Below are positions 24,264 to 36,762 of a stretch of 64,000 nucleotides of DNA, one piece after another. The stretch covers positions 601,737 through 665,736 of the forward strand of contig NW_015172553.1 of the NCBI RefSeq assembly GCF_001447785.1, read 5' to 3'. A program made the position numbers and the translations under genes. How positions within the stretch are numbered: position 1 is the stretch's first letter; each line of letters opens with the position of its first letter. This DNA comes from Gekko japonicus (lineage: Eukaryota). The notes under the pieces were generated by a model, which saw only the letters and a program-made list of their open reading frames with translations, made no database searches and had not been told where the DNA came from.

Positions 24264-25467
24264 CTTGTTGCAGCTGTGCTTGCCAACCTACATGTGGGGC
24301 CTGGAGATCTCCCAGAATTACACCCGATCACCAGACTACAGAGATCAGTTCCCCTGGAGAAAATGGCTGCATTGGAGGGTGGATTCAATGGCATTATAAC
24401 CTGCTGAGGTCTCTCTCCTCACTGAGCCCCATCTTCCTCATGCTTCGCCCCCAAATCTCCAGGAATACGCAACCCAGAGTTGGTGATCCTGGCTGCAGTG
24501 AAGACCAACCGTCCTCCACTCTTTGCACTGGCTTGTCTGTTCCTAACAGGGATCCCACAGGGGCTAAGTGCTTCTGTGCAGAGATGCCCTATAGCTCCTA
24601 GTATGTCCGCAATATCCAGCCCCTCCTACCTATAAACATGTCAAAACAATGAGCATTGTGTTAGTCACAGATAAACAATATTTTGCAAAAGCCTGTAACA
24701 GGCACAATCTCTGCGTCTCGCCCTGCTGCTGCTCCCCCATCCCTCCCTCCTTTTAAACATAACCGGGCTAATGTAGCCACGCCTATTTACAAATAACAAC
24801 CAATGAGATTGCTAGAATAAAGACCAATGGGAGTCTTTCCCTCCTAGGGAATGGTATCGTTCTGATTGGTCGCTGTTACGAAGCGACCAATAGGAAGTTC
24901 GCTCAGAGGAGCCCTGGTCTGGCTCGAAGCTTAACATGGGAGTCCTATGAGGTGATTCATGTAATCATTTCAATACATTACACTTGTTGCAGCTGTGCTT
25001 GCCAACCTACATGTGGGGCCTGGAGATCTCCCAGAATTACACCCGATCACCAGACTACAGAGATCAGTTCCCCTGGAGAAAATGGCTGCATTGGAGGGTG
25101 GATTCAATGGCATTATAACCTGCTGAGGTCTCTCTCCTCACTGAGCCCCATCTTCCTCATGCTTCGCCCCCAAATCTCCAGGAATACGCAACCCAGAGTT
25201 GGTGATCCTGGCTGCAGTGAAGACCAACCGTCCTCCACTCTTTGCACTGGCTTGTCTGTTCCTAACAGGGATCCCACAGGGGCTAAGTGCTTCTGTGCAG
25301 AGATGCCCTATAGCTCCTAGTATGTCCGCAATATCCAGCCCCTCCTACCTATAAACATGTCAAAACAATGAGCATTGTGTTAGTCACAGATAAACAATAT
25401 TTTGCAAAAGCCTGTAACAGGCACAATCTCTGCGTCTCGCCCTGCTGCTGCTCCCCCATCCCTCCCT
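24264..25467. repeat. 485-bp direct repeat (24264-24748 / 24983-25467) around a 234-bp unrelated insert
   Basis: Copies appear identical by eye at offset 719. Confidence 0.95.
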
Positions 25468-27138
25468 GCCTCCAGCCTTTTGTGCTGCCTCATCTCTTTC
25501 GTCCCCAGTGATCCTAGCAGGTCCAAGTGGCTGTCAAATAATTTATGGCACACGAACTGCTTTGCCAGCGCTGAGTGTGAGTGTGGCACGGTCACAAACA
25601 ACTCTCGTTCCAGGCACAGCTGAGTCCCAGACAACAAAAGGCAAAGAGTGCGAAGGCCATTCTTAGCGCTTTGGAGAAGGGCCGGATGGACACGAGCAAA
25701 CAAGATGCAGGGCCTCCCAAGGAGGATGGGACTTGTGCCATCCTCTGCAGGGGAGACAACTTGCACACCTCGGGGAGGACAAGGCAGGGGGAGAACAAAG
25801 CAGGTTATCCAGAAAGACAGCTGCTTCAAAGCGCATCTCTATCACATGCAATCCTCCTACATGTCATCACGACTCAAAAGCAATAGCATAATGGATAGGG
25901 AAGGATGACTTTCTCTTCCCCCATCTCATGCACATCTTCGCAGGCTGAACCCTGGCATAAGACTGCATCCACACACATTAGGTATCGTGCTACTGTAATA
26001 TTGTGCTACTGTAGTGCTATAGCAGTAATTCACAACCATATTTTACCTGCATGGTCAAGATAAGAGGTGAATTATCACTTATAGCACAATGATAACATAA
26101 AATCCAATGGTATGTGAAATCTTTCAGTCACAACGTAATGCTCTTGTGCACTTCCCCCTCATTGCAAAGAGGTTTATATAGAATTCCCTGGGGAACTGTG
26201 CCTTAAATATTTATGAAGGCACAGTTTGGATTTTCTGCCTCAGGTGTCAGAATTTTCTGGCTAGCCCTACATTTCACCAACAAAGCCAAACACTGCCATC
26301 TATTTCATACTGCTTCCTTCAATTGGGTCTAACTCTCATTTCAGCAAGGGGCAATCAAATACCTGCTGGCTCAGCTAACCAATTGTTCACCAGTCATGAA
26401 CAGGGAGCCAGTTGTCCAGCAGTGAGTTTGCTGTTTGTGAACAGTGCAAACCTGTTCATCAGGTTATATTTCTCAAGCATTCAAACAGCAATTGGCATTA
26501 TTTATATGCACACCTTTTCACAGCGCATGATGGCAGTTCATATTTTCCCCCTTTCCTGCACGTCTGTCCCCAACAGTCCAGTTGTCTCTTCCTGCTGCTT
26601 GACAGCCCATGGTATAAGTGAGCAAATCAATCAGTCAGCCAACAATTATAAATTGTGGAGGGGGTTAACTCATATTGTTTGGTGTTTATTTAAGTCCATG
26701 TTATCAAGTCCATGACAATTTTCACACAGCCCTATGGGAGGCACAGTTCTCCCCTCATATCATTTAATGTGACTTTGGGTAGAATTGATTTCATCTACTG
26801 CAGAGATACAAAAGCGCCTGGAGGCCAGGAAAATGAAATTCCACCACAAGGAAATGAAATTCCACAGCTGCAAAGCCATTCAAGATGAACAAATCAGATG
26901 TTTAGATCAGAGGTGATTCTGGCTTTTGAGCTAGCTATGTTTGAACATATTCACTGTGAAAGTTGCTGTATCACATGATGTGCCCCCCCTCCTAATACCT
27001 TCTCTGTACCTGTGGCTAAGAAGTTTATGCATTTTGAAACCTCACATCAAGTTCTCACATTCTCCCTTAGAACATCTCAAGAACTTTGTGGCACAACTAA
27101 AGAAAAGCAAGAAGGGCCCTTAATCCTGCTTGTATTGA

Positions 27139-27417
27139 CAAGTGGAGCCTGTAACTTTGTGAGAGTGTGACTAGCCTTTTTTTAGAGCACTTTAACCTTC
27201 AGAAGACAAAGAGGCCTTTTGCTGCTAAGAGGCCCTTGTGCTTTTGGGCAAGCTTCCTCAGAGGTTCTTGGCTGACTCAAGTCCACTTACCAAGACTCAG
27301 TGAAAAACAGGTTCCCAGATCAAAGGACAAAAGCCAAATATGGCTCTCAGCCAACAGCAGGGTCAAAGAGACAAAGTGTTACCCACAGAAATTTAGTTCC
27401 CACCTTCTGATATAAAT
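27139..27417 (+). promoter_or_regulatory. SFTPC copy A proximal promoter: TATA box and NKX2-1(TTF-1)-type motifs
   Basis: TATAAAT 27411-27417; CAAGTG 27139, CTCAAG 27276, CACTTA 27284. NKX2-1 is the established activator of mammalian SFTPC; binding here is inferred. Confidence 0.6.
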
Positions 27418-27477
27418 ATCAGAAGGTTTCCAAGGAGCAAAACAGAGCACAGAAGAACCCGCTCAGAATAGGCAAGA

Positions 27478-27522
27478 ATGGCAACTGACGGCAAGGAGGT
27501 TCTTCTGATGGAGGCACCGCCT
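27478..27522 (+). CDS. SFTPC: SFTPC copy A exon 1
   Basis: [15 protein letters not shown], donor gtaagt; TATA box at 27411. Confidence 0.9.
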
Positions 27523-30500
27523 GTAAGTCTCTCCTTCTGGAGTAATTTCTTTCTTCTCATGGCAAGTGCGGCTTCCAAGCCATAGCAATGGCAACTACAG
27601 CTGGCCCTTGGAATTTTAGTCCCTATGATCCAAAACTCCAATGAGCACAATCCAGAAGGAAGTTCCCCTTCGTGTATCTTGCTGAAATGTATAGGAGTTG
27701 CACAAGACAGTGCCAGTTAATTCCACTGGGACTCATAAAGTAGAACGTTCCACTGGGTTGTGCCCCCTGAGTCAGATCAGTCCGACTCCCATTCATCTGC
27801 CTTCTATAGCTCTCTTCATCTGCCACCCAAGCTTCCTCTCAGTAGGTTCACCTGTCAATTGGAAGAGGACAAACAAACAGCAACAAAGACTGTGTGAATT
27901 GATCCCAACCTTTCACAATTCCCCCTAAAGCATACGTTTTGGCTCTCATTGCTTTCCCCTGTGGCCTAGGTGGTGAAACCGTGTTTGGGTTGTGCCACTT
28001 CAGTCCGATCCCAACCTTTCATAATTCCCCCTAAAGCATATGTTTTGGCTCTCATTACTTTCCCCTGTGGCCTAGGTGGTAAAACCGTGTTTGGGTTGTG
28101 CCACTTCAGTCTGCAGGGAGGGCTCTCATGACTAAATAGTCGATGTAAAAAAATAGCCCCTCGGCATAGAAATCTAGCAAGAAGGGATCCAGCATAGGCT
28201 TTGCCCTTACATTCTTTTTCTATGTGCAGGGCGTTTGTTGTTTTTCAATGGAGTTTTTAATCGTCACTTCAAGCCAATTGTTTTACCTCAGGCGAAATGA
28301 ACTACATTCATTATTATAACTGTGCTTCCATTTCTTTCTTTCTTTCTTTCTTTCTGCTGCTGCAGGATTATACTGCATCCCCCCGACTCCCTGGGCTCCC
28401 TTGCAAGAAGCTCTTGATTGTTGTGGTTGTGGTGGTAGTGATTGTTTTAGTTGTTCTGGGCTTCCTTCTGATGGGCCTGCATATAACAGAGAAGCACACT
28501 GAAACGGTAAGTGCAGTAAAATGGCCGCAGGTACAGGAATCTCAGGGGTGGATTGTGACAGTAAAACCCTCCAAGGCTAAGCAGCTCCTGTGCTGCTGGC
28601 AGGAACTGCTTGGCTCAGACCCAACCCACAACAATACCAGCCCTGTCCACTAGTTACAGTGAATGCATGTACAATCCATGTAAGGCGTACACTCGATTTT
28701 TCTTTATACTTGTGTTGAATAATTCTCATGTTATATTCAACACATGTACAGTTGAATGTGTGACTAAAAAGCACCTTTTATCCAGGTACTGATCGCCGGT
28801 TTCATTTGTAAAGAATGTGCATTGGCTCTTTTGTATGGACAGGTGTATGCACATACATGCAGGCTGTATGTGTATCCATTGTAACACGTGAACAGGACTC
28901 GTGACAACTGGAGTAAAAGTAAGTGGGTACCGATTGCCAGCTAGAAATTGTATCAAAGTGGTACCTCCCATATTCTGCACTGAGCCCACACACACGCAAG
29001 AGAGAGAGAGGGCTCTTTAGCTTGGAGAAACAACGACTGAGGGGTGACATGATCGAGGTTTATAAGATTATGCATGGGATAGAGCAGGTAGAGAAAGAGG
29101 TACTTTTCTCCCTTTCTCACAGTACAAGAACTCATGGGCACTCCATGAAATTGCTGAGGGGTCGGGTTAGAACGGATAAAAGGAAGTACTTCTTCACCCA
29201 AAGAGTGATTAACACATGGAATTCACTGCCACAGGAAGTGGTGGCGGCTACAAGCATGGACGGCTTCAAAAGGGAATTAGATAAGCATATGGAGCAGAGG
29301 TCCATCAGTGGCTATTAGCCACAAGGTATAGATAGGGACTCTGGGGCAAGTGATGCTCTGTCTTCTTGGTGCTTGGGGGGGTCAACAGTGGGAGGGCTTC
29401 TAATGTCCTGGCCCCACTGGTGGACCTCCTGATGGCACTGGTATTTCTGGCCACTGTGTGATTCAGAGTGTTGGACTGGATGGGCCTTTGGCCTGATCCA
29501 ACATTGGTATCTCTTATGTTCTTATGTTAAGTACCAGCCAGAAATGTAAATTACTTTCATCGCTGGTGACCATGGTAAAAGTGGACCCATGCCTCTGTCT
29601 GCGCCTTTGCTGGCATCAGAAGGGGAGGAGCCAACAGGCAAGCTTGTGTGTGTGATTGGCCTGAGCAGCCTTGCAGTGCTGCCAATGCCAGTGTGGCTGA
29701 GCTCAGCTGAATGTTGACCACCAGCGAGGCATCCAGGGCAACAAACTCACTGGGAAATTTTCCAGTAAGTTACAGACCAGTTCTTAGGAGTGTGCAGTTG
29801 GTTACTTAATACTTCCTGTTGGTAGAGTGCCTATGCAGCAGTCAGGACACTGAACTGATTAAAAGTAAAGAAAGCTTTATTTATGAACTAACAAACTGGA
29901 CAGGAATCAGAAGAGATAAGCCTTGCTACCTCAGAGAAAGTTCTTGACTATTCTAGCAGAAAACCCCAACAGTAGCACCTGCAGACAGGAGAAGCCCCTT
30001 TATAAAGGTATGCCCTCTAACATTCCTGTCTAGCTAGAGCTTGCTGCCCTCTGCAGGATTTTTTTGTACAAAAGACATGGTTATATTGGAATATATACTC
30101 TCAACAGTGCCCCATAACTAATCATTCGTATGTGTAGTGCATGTTCTATACCCTCTCCCCTAGAAACTGACATTTGAATGAGTTAAAGAAAGCAAAGGGT
30201 GCTGCTGTTGAAATGCACCATTCTTGCTACTCAGGCTGACTGTTCTTTCGTTTCTCCCTCAAATACTCAACCTCCCCCCCCCCCCCCCAGCCATATTCAG
30301 TGACTAAATGTGCCAAACTGTGTATGCAAGGGTGTAGACTTTCCAATTTCCCGGGGGGGGCTGGGGCTCGACCAGAGGCATTGCTTTGCTAGGAGTAAGG
30401 GTGGCTCCCGGGGGAGGCTGAGTACCTTCCTGAAAATTTCGGCGGGGGCTCACGCCCCGCCGCCCCCACGAAGATTACGCCTATGGGTTGCAGGCACAGT

Positions 30501-33500
30501 GCCACTGAGGAGCTGCAGTAGTTTTATTTGGCCTGGCTCACTGCCCTTATAAAGCCTCAGAGCAAGCTGATACTCAGCTTTTCTTTCACCACCTTCAAAA
30601 GCATGCTTAGTTAATCCATATCAATAAGAAAATGTCCCATAAGGCAACATTGTTTTGATCTTCATCAATGTATTCTTTGATCACTGATGTCAGTTTTGTG
30701 CCCCAGTCAATGGCTGGCATCTCTATCAATGCCTCCAGTCTTGCAGCCACTGAAAATGTCAGATGTGCAAACGATGCAAGTTTTTAAGACTCAAGGAAAT
30801 TATGCTAGTCAGGACTCACACTGTTTCTTTCCACCTAATTTACTGGGAATAGCTCTGGCTTTTCTTCTTCCCACTGGAAATACAGCCAAAGTGCTCTGGC
30901 AAAGAGCTCCTTGTCTCCTATTATCTTAGGCTGAATCGTGTAAAAGCAACAAAACATCGGCTGTGAAAGAAAGGAGAAACTCTCATCCCTGCACTGTTTA
31001 GACAAACAATTGCTATACACTCTTTTTAGTTTCCCAGTTGCACTAGTTGTAGGAAGTTCCAAGGGGTCTCCTTCCTAGGAGAGAATACAGGTGCGTTATC
31101 AGTGTTCCCTCTAAGCTGAGTTAGTGTGAGCTAGCTCACAGTTTTTTAGCCTCCAGCTCACCCATTTTTGCCTTAGCTCAGGAAGGATGGCTCCAGAGCA
31201 AACTAATTTATGCAGCAGCCAAACTGCTCGCTCACAACTTTAACGCCAGTGGCTCGCAAGGTAGAATTTTTGCTCACAAGACTCCACAGCTTAGAGGGAG
31301 CATTGGTTATGATGCTGTTGCAATATCTGTTTTGTTACAAATATGCAGAGGAGTGGACAGGAACCCTGACAGAAAGTTAAGCAAACAGCATTCCTTTACA
31401 GTGTGTTCCCCCCCCCCCCACCGACCGTTGCTGCCCAGCCAACGGGTGAAACTCAAACTTCTGGTTGCTCTGCAGGCTACTCCAACTAGAACTGATGGGA
31501 TGTGCTCAAAAGCTAGTAATAACCTATCATTAAAAGCCACTAAAGGTTATTTAAAAGCAACTCCTTTAGCTATTAGCTTTCCAAAAGATGGCTATCTTCT
31601 CATTTCCCTTGATCTCTTCTTCTGATCCATGCAAATTTCTTCTCCTATGCTCTTCCTTGCTCCTTTGTACCATCTAGGTCCTGCAAATGACCATTCAAGG
31701 TCTGGATGGCGACAGTTCTCTGCAGCACCTTTCCATGACCCGGAAAGAGAAGCTGGCAACATTCCATGTCCGTGTGGATGGCAACACTTCTGCCACTGTG
31801 GTGTATGACTACAGTAATGTAAGGTTTTGCTTAATGTGTTTGGCAACTTCGAAAGGGAAATCCCTGAGGGGCAAGACTGAGCATCACACAACTGCTGTTT
31901 CACATTTTCAGATGCACATTTTCATGGCCTGCAAGCCCTTATTAGAAGCATAGATCCTCCCCTGTTCTCATTTGGAGGAAATTTCTCACCTTTAAGGCTG
32001 CAGAAATTATTCTTATTAAGTTATATGGCACTTTCAAATTTTCAAAATATTTTTAGCTGGAGTAAGGTAATAGAGGGTAAGGTAATAGAGAAGGAAGTGG
32101 CAACGCAGCTTCAGACTTTCTTGGAGGATGCTAAGATCTTGGACCCCTTCCAGTCCACCTTTCACCCTGCCCATGGGACAGAAATGATATTGGTCACCCT
32201 GGTGGGTGATCTCTGGAGACATCTGGATTGAGGCAGATCGGTGCTGCTGATACTTCTTGATCTGTCAGCAGCGTTCGATATGGTTGACCATGATGTGTTA
32301 GCCCACTCCCTCACCAACATGGGGATATGGAGGCTTGCCTTGCAGTGGCTGACCTCCTTTCTCCGAGGTCGGGGACAGAGGGTGGCATTTGGGGGGAGTT
32401 ATCCCAGCAACACCCACCAGAATGTGGTGTGCCGCAGGGAGCAATTCTCTCCCCTATGCTATTCAGTATCTATATGCACCCCCTCACCCAGATTATCTGG
32501 AGATAGGGGCTTTGTTGTCACCAGTATGCGGATGACACCCAGCTCTATCTACTGATGGACGGCTGCCCAGACACGGCCCCAGGAGATCTGGACAAGATGT
32601 TACAGGCTGTGGCTGGATGGCTGCGACAGAGCTGACTGAAGTTAAATCCATCCAAGATGGAGGTCCTGTACCTGAGTTGCGGGGGATTGGCACAGGGAAT
32701 CAGGCTCCCAGCCTTCAACGGGGCTCCACTGGTCCTGATGTCAAGGGTGAAGAGCCTGGGGGTGCTCCTGGACACCTTCCTTTCTATGGAGGCCCAGGTC
32801 ACCAACATTGCCAGGTCTGCCTTTTTGCATCTGAGACAGATCAGGCAGTTGGCCTCATATCTCACCCCCCCCCGCAAGACTTGACTATTGTGACCTATGC
32901 AATGGTCACTTCTAGACTGGATGATTGTAACTCTCTCTATGTGGGGCTGCCCTTGACTCTGCTCCAGAAGTTGCAGCTACTGCAGAACACGGCAGCACCG
33001 GTGTTGATGGCAACTCCTGTGCAGGCTCACATCCACCCAGTGCTGCGTGAATTGCACTGGCTGTCTATTAAATTCGAGATCCGTTTCAAGGTGCTGGTAC
33101 TTCCCTTTAAAGCCCTATAAGGCCAGGCGCCAGCATACCTTCAAGACCTCCCCTCCCCATATGAGCCCCGTAGAGCACTAAGATCTACTAATCAGGCCTG
33201 TCACCAGGATTTTGTAATTCAGGGGGCCTTTAAATAAGTCAGGGGGCACTGACATCACAAAATAACAGTAAAAATTTAAGAACTCACTTTTGCATCGTTC
33301 ACACTCTGCTTGCCTACATGGGGAAGCAAGCCACGTTTGGGGACAGGGCGGTGGTGGGGAGTCCTCCAGGTGGCCCAGAGAATCGGGAGTCCTCCAGGTG
33401 GCCCAAAGAGTCAGGGGGCCTGGGTGCTGGATGGAAGTCAGGGGGCCAGGCCCCAAAATGCCCCACTGTAGCTACAAGCCGGCTACTAATCAACATCTTT

Positions 33501-36010
33501 TGTTAGTCCGACTTGCCTCAACCAGGGCCAGGGCCTTTTCAGTCCTGGCCCCCATCTGGTGCAATGAGCTCCCATATGAGATCAGGGCCCTGCAGGATTT
33601 ATTACAATTCTGCAGGGCCTGTAAGACGGAGCTCTTCCACCAGGCTTTTGGTTGAGGCAGCGAACATCCCCTCTCTTTGGCTGGCCTCCCATCAGCGGCC
33701 TGGATCCTTAAATTTTCAATGTCATCTTAACCGCTAAGATATCTGATGTCTGCTAGAGTTTACATGGTACTCAGGACTTGTGTTATGTTATTTTATACTG
33801 TTGTTTTAATGTGGTTTTAACTGTATTGTATTTTATATTGCTGGAACCTGCCCTGAACCCGCTTGCGGGGAGGGCAGGATATAAATCCAAATAAATTAAA
33901 AAATACATCTCTGCAGCAATTCATTTACAGGCAGGGAAATCTGGGTGATTACTTATTCCCATTTTGTAAATGAGAAACTGAAGCTGAGAGATTCCTGACT
34001 TTCCTAGAGTCACTGTGACTGAGCTAGGATTGGGGATGGGCATGAACCAGGAAAATGTGGTTCGGTTCGTGGCACACCTGGTTTACAAACCACAAATCAT
34101 CACAAACTTTTAGGAGCCAGACAAACCGGATCAGTTCATGGTTTGTGATGGGGTAGAACAGGGGGGCANNNNNNNNNNNNNNNNNNNNNNNNNNNNNNNN
34201 NNNNNNNNNNNNNNNNNNNNNNNNNNNNNNNNNNNNNNNNNNNNNNNNNNNNNNNNNNNNNNNNNNNNNNNNNNNNNNNNNNNNNNNNNNNNNNNNNNNN
34301 NNNNNNNNNNNNNNNNNNNNNNNNNNNNNNNNNNNNNNNNNNNNNNNNGTGCAAGATATCAAAGATCCCTACAGGATCTCCCCTGGATGCTCCTCTAAAT
34401 GCCCTCTAAGTTCTACCCCCCCCCCGGTTGCTTTGAAGTTTGGTAAACATTTAGATTGAGCTGAGACAGTCTGTCTGGAAACGTAGCCACAAATCGCCAT
34501 AAACCGCCATGAACTGCTTGAAAGTTTGTGCCAGTTAACCTGCCACGAACTTCGGTTTGCAAACCACGAACCAGCCAAAATTCATCATGAACTTTCATTT
34601 GTGAGCCAGTTCGTACCCATCCCTAGCTAGGATTTGAGTACGGTCGTAATGCCAAGTACAAGAATTGTTGATTTAAGTGGAGAGGGATCAGCAAAGGAGC
34701 TGATGTGAAACTGCAAGACGTGAAAGTTCCACAGAGCTGACATCTTTGCATTCTTTGGTTTTCTACATGCATGTAAGGGGGAGTAACATGGGAAGAAGCT
34801 GCATGAATCTAGATGCTTGGGCAGGAAGGCGCGAACAGAATTGTGTGTGAGAAGGTGATTTCATGGAGACTGTGAATGAGGTTTTATAGCGTACCCATGA
34901 ATTCTGTATTTGCACAGCTGCTGATTGGGTACAGATTCTGGCCAGGACAATCCTGCTGCATCACCAAGATGAACAAGGAGAACATTCAAAGCTTGGATGC
35001 TATCGTTAAAGCTTTCCAACAAGTTCAGGTGAGGTCAACCAGGAGGCATCACCTTTGCGATTGCAGGGAGCATCCATTGAGAAACAGATGTCTCCATGAT
35101 AAGGGAACACTTGAATGGAACCCCCAAACATTTTGTGCCCCAAGGCTCAATAAGGTCAGGGTCTAAGGATCTCTGTTCTACACTAAAGAAACAAACCAAG
35201 GAGAAAGTTAGACTAGAGATTTCTCCTTAGCATCTATTTTCTATGTGCACAGAATTCTTAACGGGGGGGGGGGGCACACACATCCAACTTGCAGTCTGAA
35301 GGGATACACAGTGCATTCCTAAAGAGAATTACACCCTTCCAAGACCATTGACTTAAAATGAACTCAGGCAAGGGTACCTCTGTTTAGGATTGCATTGACA
35401 GCTTCAGAACCATTAGCCCACATGATCTATTTGTGTGGACTAACTCTACTGAAAGTAACCAGATGGGGAAGTTCATAAGCAGGGCACCACGGCAACAGCC
35501 AATCCTCTGTCCTTAATCCTCAGCATCTGGAGGCAGTGGATTTACTGCTGAAACATGAACAATTGGGCTTCTGGGCATCATGACACTACTATCTAGTTCT
35601 TTTTGATTATCCTGAAGAGGAGCTAGAGGAAGGGGCAGGGCGTGCCGAGTTTACGAGAGCCCCCCACAGGATGACAGAGGTTTCCACTTTAATATTCTCT
35701 AACAGATGGCTTATCCTTCTCTCCTCAAAACCAGCCCAAACGAAAACATCCGATATCTCTTCTGAAGGGTACAGAGCCATGAGAACAATTCTGGCTCTGT
35801 ATAATAGATAGAGATAGCAACCGGGTGCTGCCAGGTCATGTTCTGAGAATGCAACCTTTTCCTTTTCTCCTTTAGTCCAAGCCTCTTACACCCCGTCACC
35901 AGCAGACTGAGGAGGAGGAAAAAGAGCTCCCTGTCGTCCTGACCGATCGCTCTCTCCTGAGCACCACAGTTAACATCCTCTGCAGCAGCGTTCCCATCTA
36001 CTGGGCTTAG
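27478..36010 (+). CDS. SFTPC: Pulmonary surfactant protein C precursor, copy A; 5 coding exons, 190 aa
   Basis: Exons 27478-27522, 28366-28506, 31678-31818, 34918-35028, 35876-36010, all phase 0, [19 protein letters not shown]|DY resembles mammalian MDVGSKEVLMESPPDY; poly-Val helix ending LLMGLH; BRICHOS motifs [23 protein letters not shown]. Confidence 0.93.
27901..28111. repeat. 106-bp tandem duplication in copy A intron 1
   Basis: gatcccaacctttca...gccacttcagtc at 27901 and 28007, a few substitutions. Confidence 0.95.
28366..28506 (+). CDS. SFTPC: SFTPC copy A exon 2 (mature SP-C helix)
   Basis: [47 protein letters not shown]; long pyrimidine tract + cag, donor gtaagt. Confidence 0.95.
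29008..29528 (+). mobile_element. CR1 LINE 3' fragment in copy A intron 2
   Basis: [23 protein letters not shown]...[18 protein letters not shown], tail (tcttatgt)2. Confidence 0.93.
31100..31306. mobile_element. hAT-type MITE
   Basis: TIR cagtgttccctctaagctg / cagcttagagggagcattg. Confidence 0.8.
31678..31818 (+). CDS. SFTPC: SFTPC copy A exon 3 (linker + BRICHOS start)
   Basis: [47 protein letters not shown]; tag/gtaagg. Confidence 0.93.
32067..33900 (+). mobile_element. 5'-truncated, frameshifted L2-clade LINE (RT domain to 3' end) in copy A intron 3
   Basis: [48 protein letters not shown] motifs; A-rich tail. Confidence 0.92.
33193..33482. mobile_element. MITE nested in the L2
   Basis: 8-bp TSD ctactaat at 33185 and 33483, imperfect TIRs. 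Confidence 0.7.
34031..34625. mobile_element. hAT-type non-autonomous element spanning the gap
   Basis: TIR tggggatgggca / tacccatcccta, 8-bp TSD gctaggat. Confidence 0.8.
34169..34348. other. Assembly gap (180 N)
   Basis: Run of n. Confidence 1.
34918..35028 (+). CDS. SFTPC: SFTPC copy A exon 4 (BRICHOS)
   Basis: 111 nt, [37 protein letters not shown]; cag/gtgagg. Confidence 0.93.
35876..36010 (+). CDS. SFTPC: SFTPC copy A exon 5 (BRICHOS end, stop)
   Basis: [44 protein letters not shown]; donor-like gtgggt at 36018, as expected before a non-coding last exon. Confidence 0.92.
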   Translation, partial: SKPLTPRHQQTEEEEKELPVVLTDRSLLSTTVNILCSSVPIYWA

Positions 36011-36731
36011 AGGAGAGGTGGGTGACAAGCAGGTCTGACAGATATAAAGGCCCACAACCAGAACTTACCCATTGACTACTACCACACAAAAAAACTCTCG
36101 TCGTCACAGTGTTCCTGTCTGAAAGATTCCTGCAATGACTCTTAGGGCGCCTCTCTTCCTACACAATTCTAAAGCCTTTCACTGGGGTCTTATTTCTGGG
36201 TATGAATTTAATTAATCCCCCACCAAATGCAAAATCTCTCCCAGCATGGAGGCCCAAGCTACATGATCAGCAGAGTCACGTTGCCCAATGATACCACTTC
36301 AGACTGGAAATGGGAGTTTAAGTGCTTGAGTGCTTCCCCTGTATAAAAAATACACACACAAGTGGCATATCTGGGCTTTGAATGGCAGTTACGGAGCTGG
36401 GATATTTTGTTGATATCAGGAAATACTCAGACATTCAGACCTCCCCCCAGTTTGAAGTGGCCCAGTCCAGCATCAGTTAAGGCAGCTGAACATGTACCAT
36501 GTTGTTGTTCTGTTATAACATTGTTCTGTTATAGCATTGTACTGGTGTTGTTCTGTTATAACATCTTCAGAACACCATCTTGGTTTTATGATTCGGAGTG
36601 AGTATTGGAGCACCGATATTTTTAATAACTGTATTATGTTGTATTATTGTATTTTTATACTGTTCTTACTGTTTTAATCTGGCATTTATGCCCTTGTTAG
36701 CCTTCGGGGAGGGCGGGATACAAATCTAAAG

Positions 36732-36762
36732 AATAAATAAATAAATAAATAAATAAATAAAT
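36732..36762. repeat. (AAAT)n tail of an L2-like 3' end
   Basis: Follows gggagggcgggatacaaat. Confidence 0.85.

Noticed and set aside
29817-30106. Second solo LTR (TGTTG...CAACA ends)
   Set aside because: Termini fit but no convincing target-site duplication
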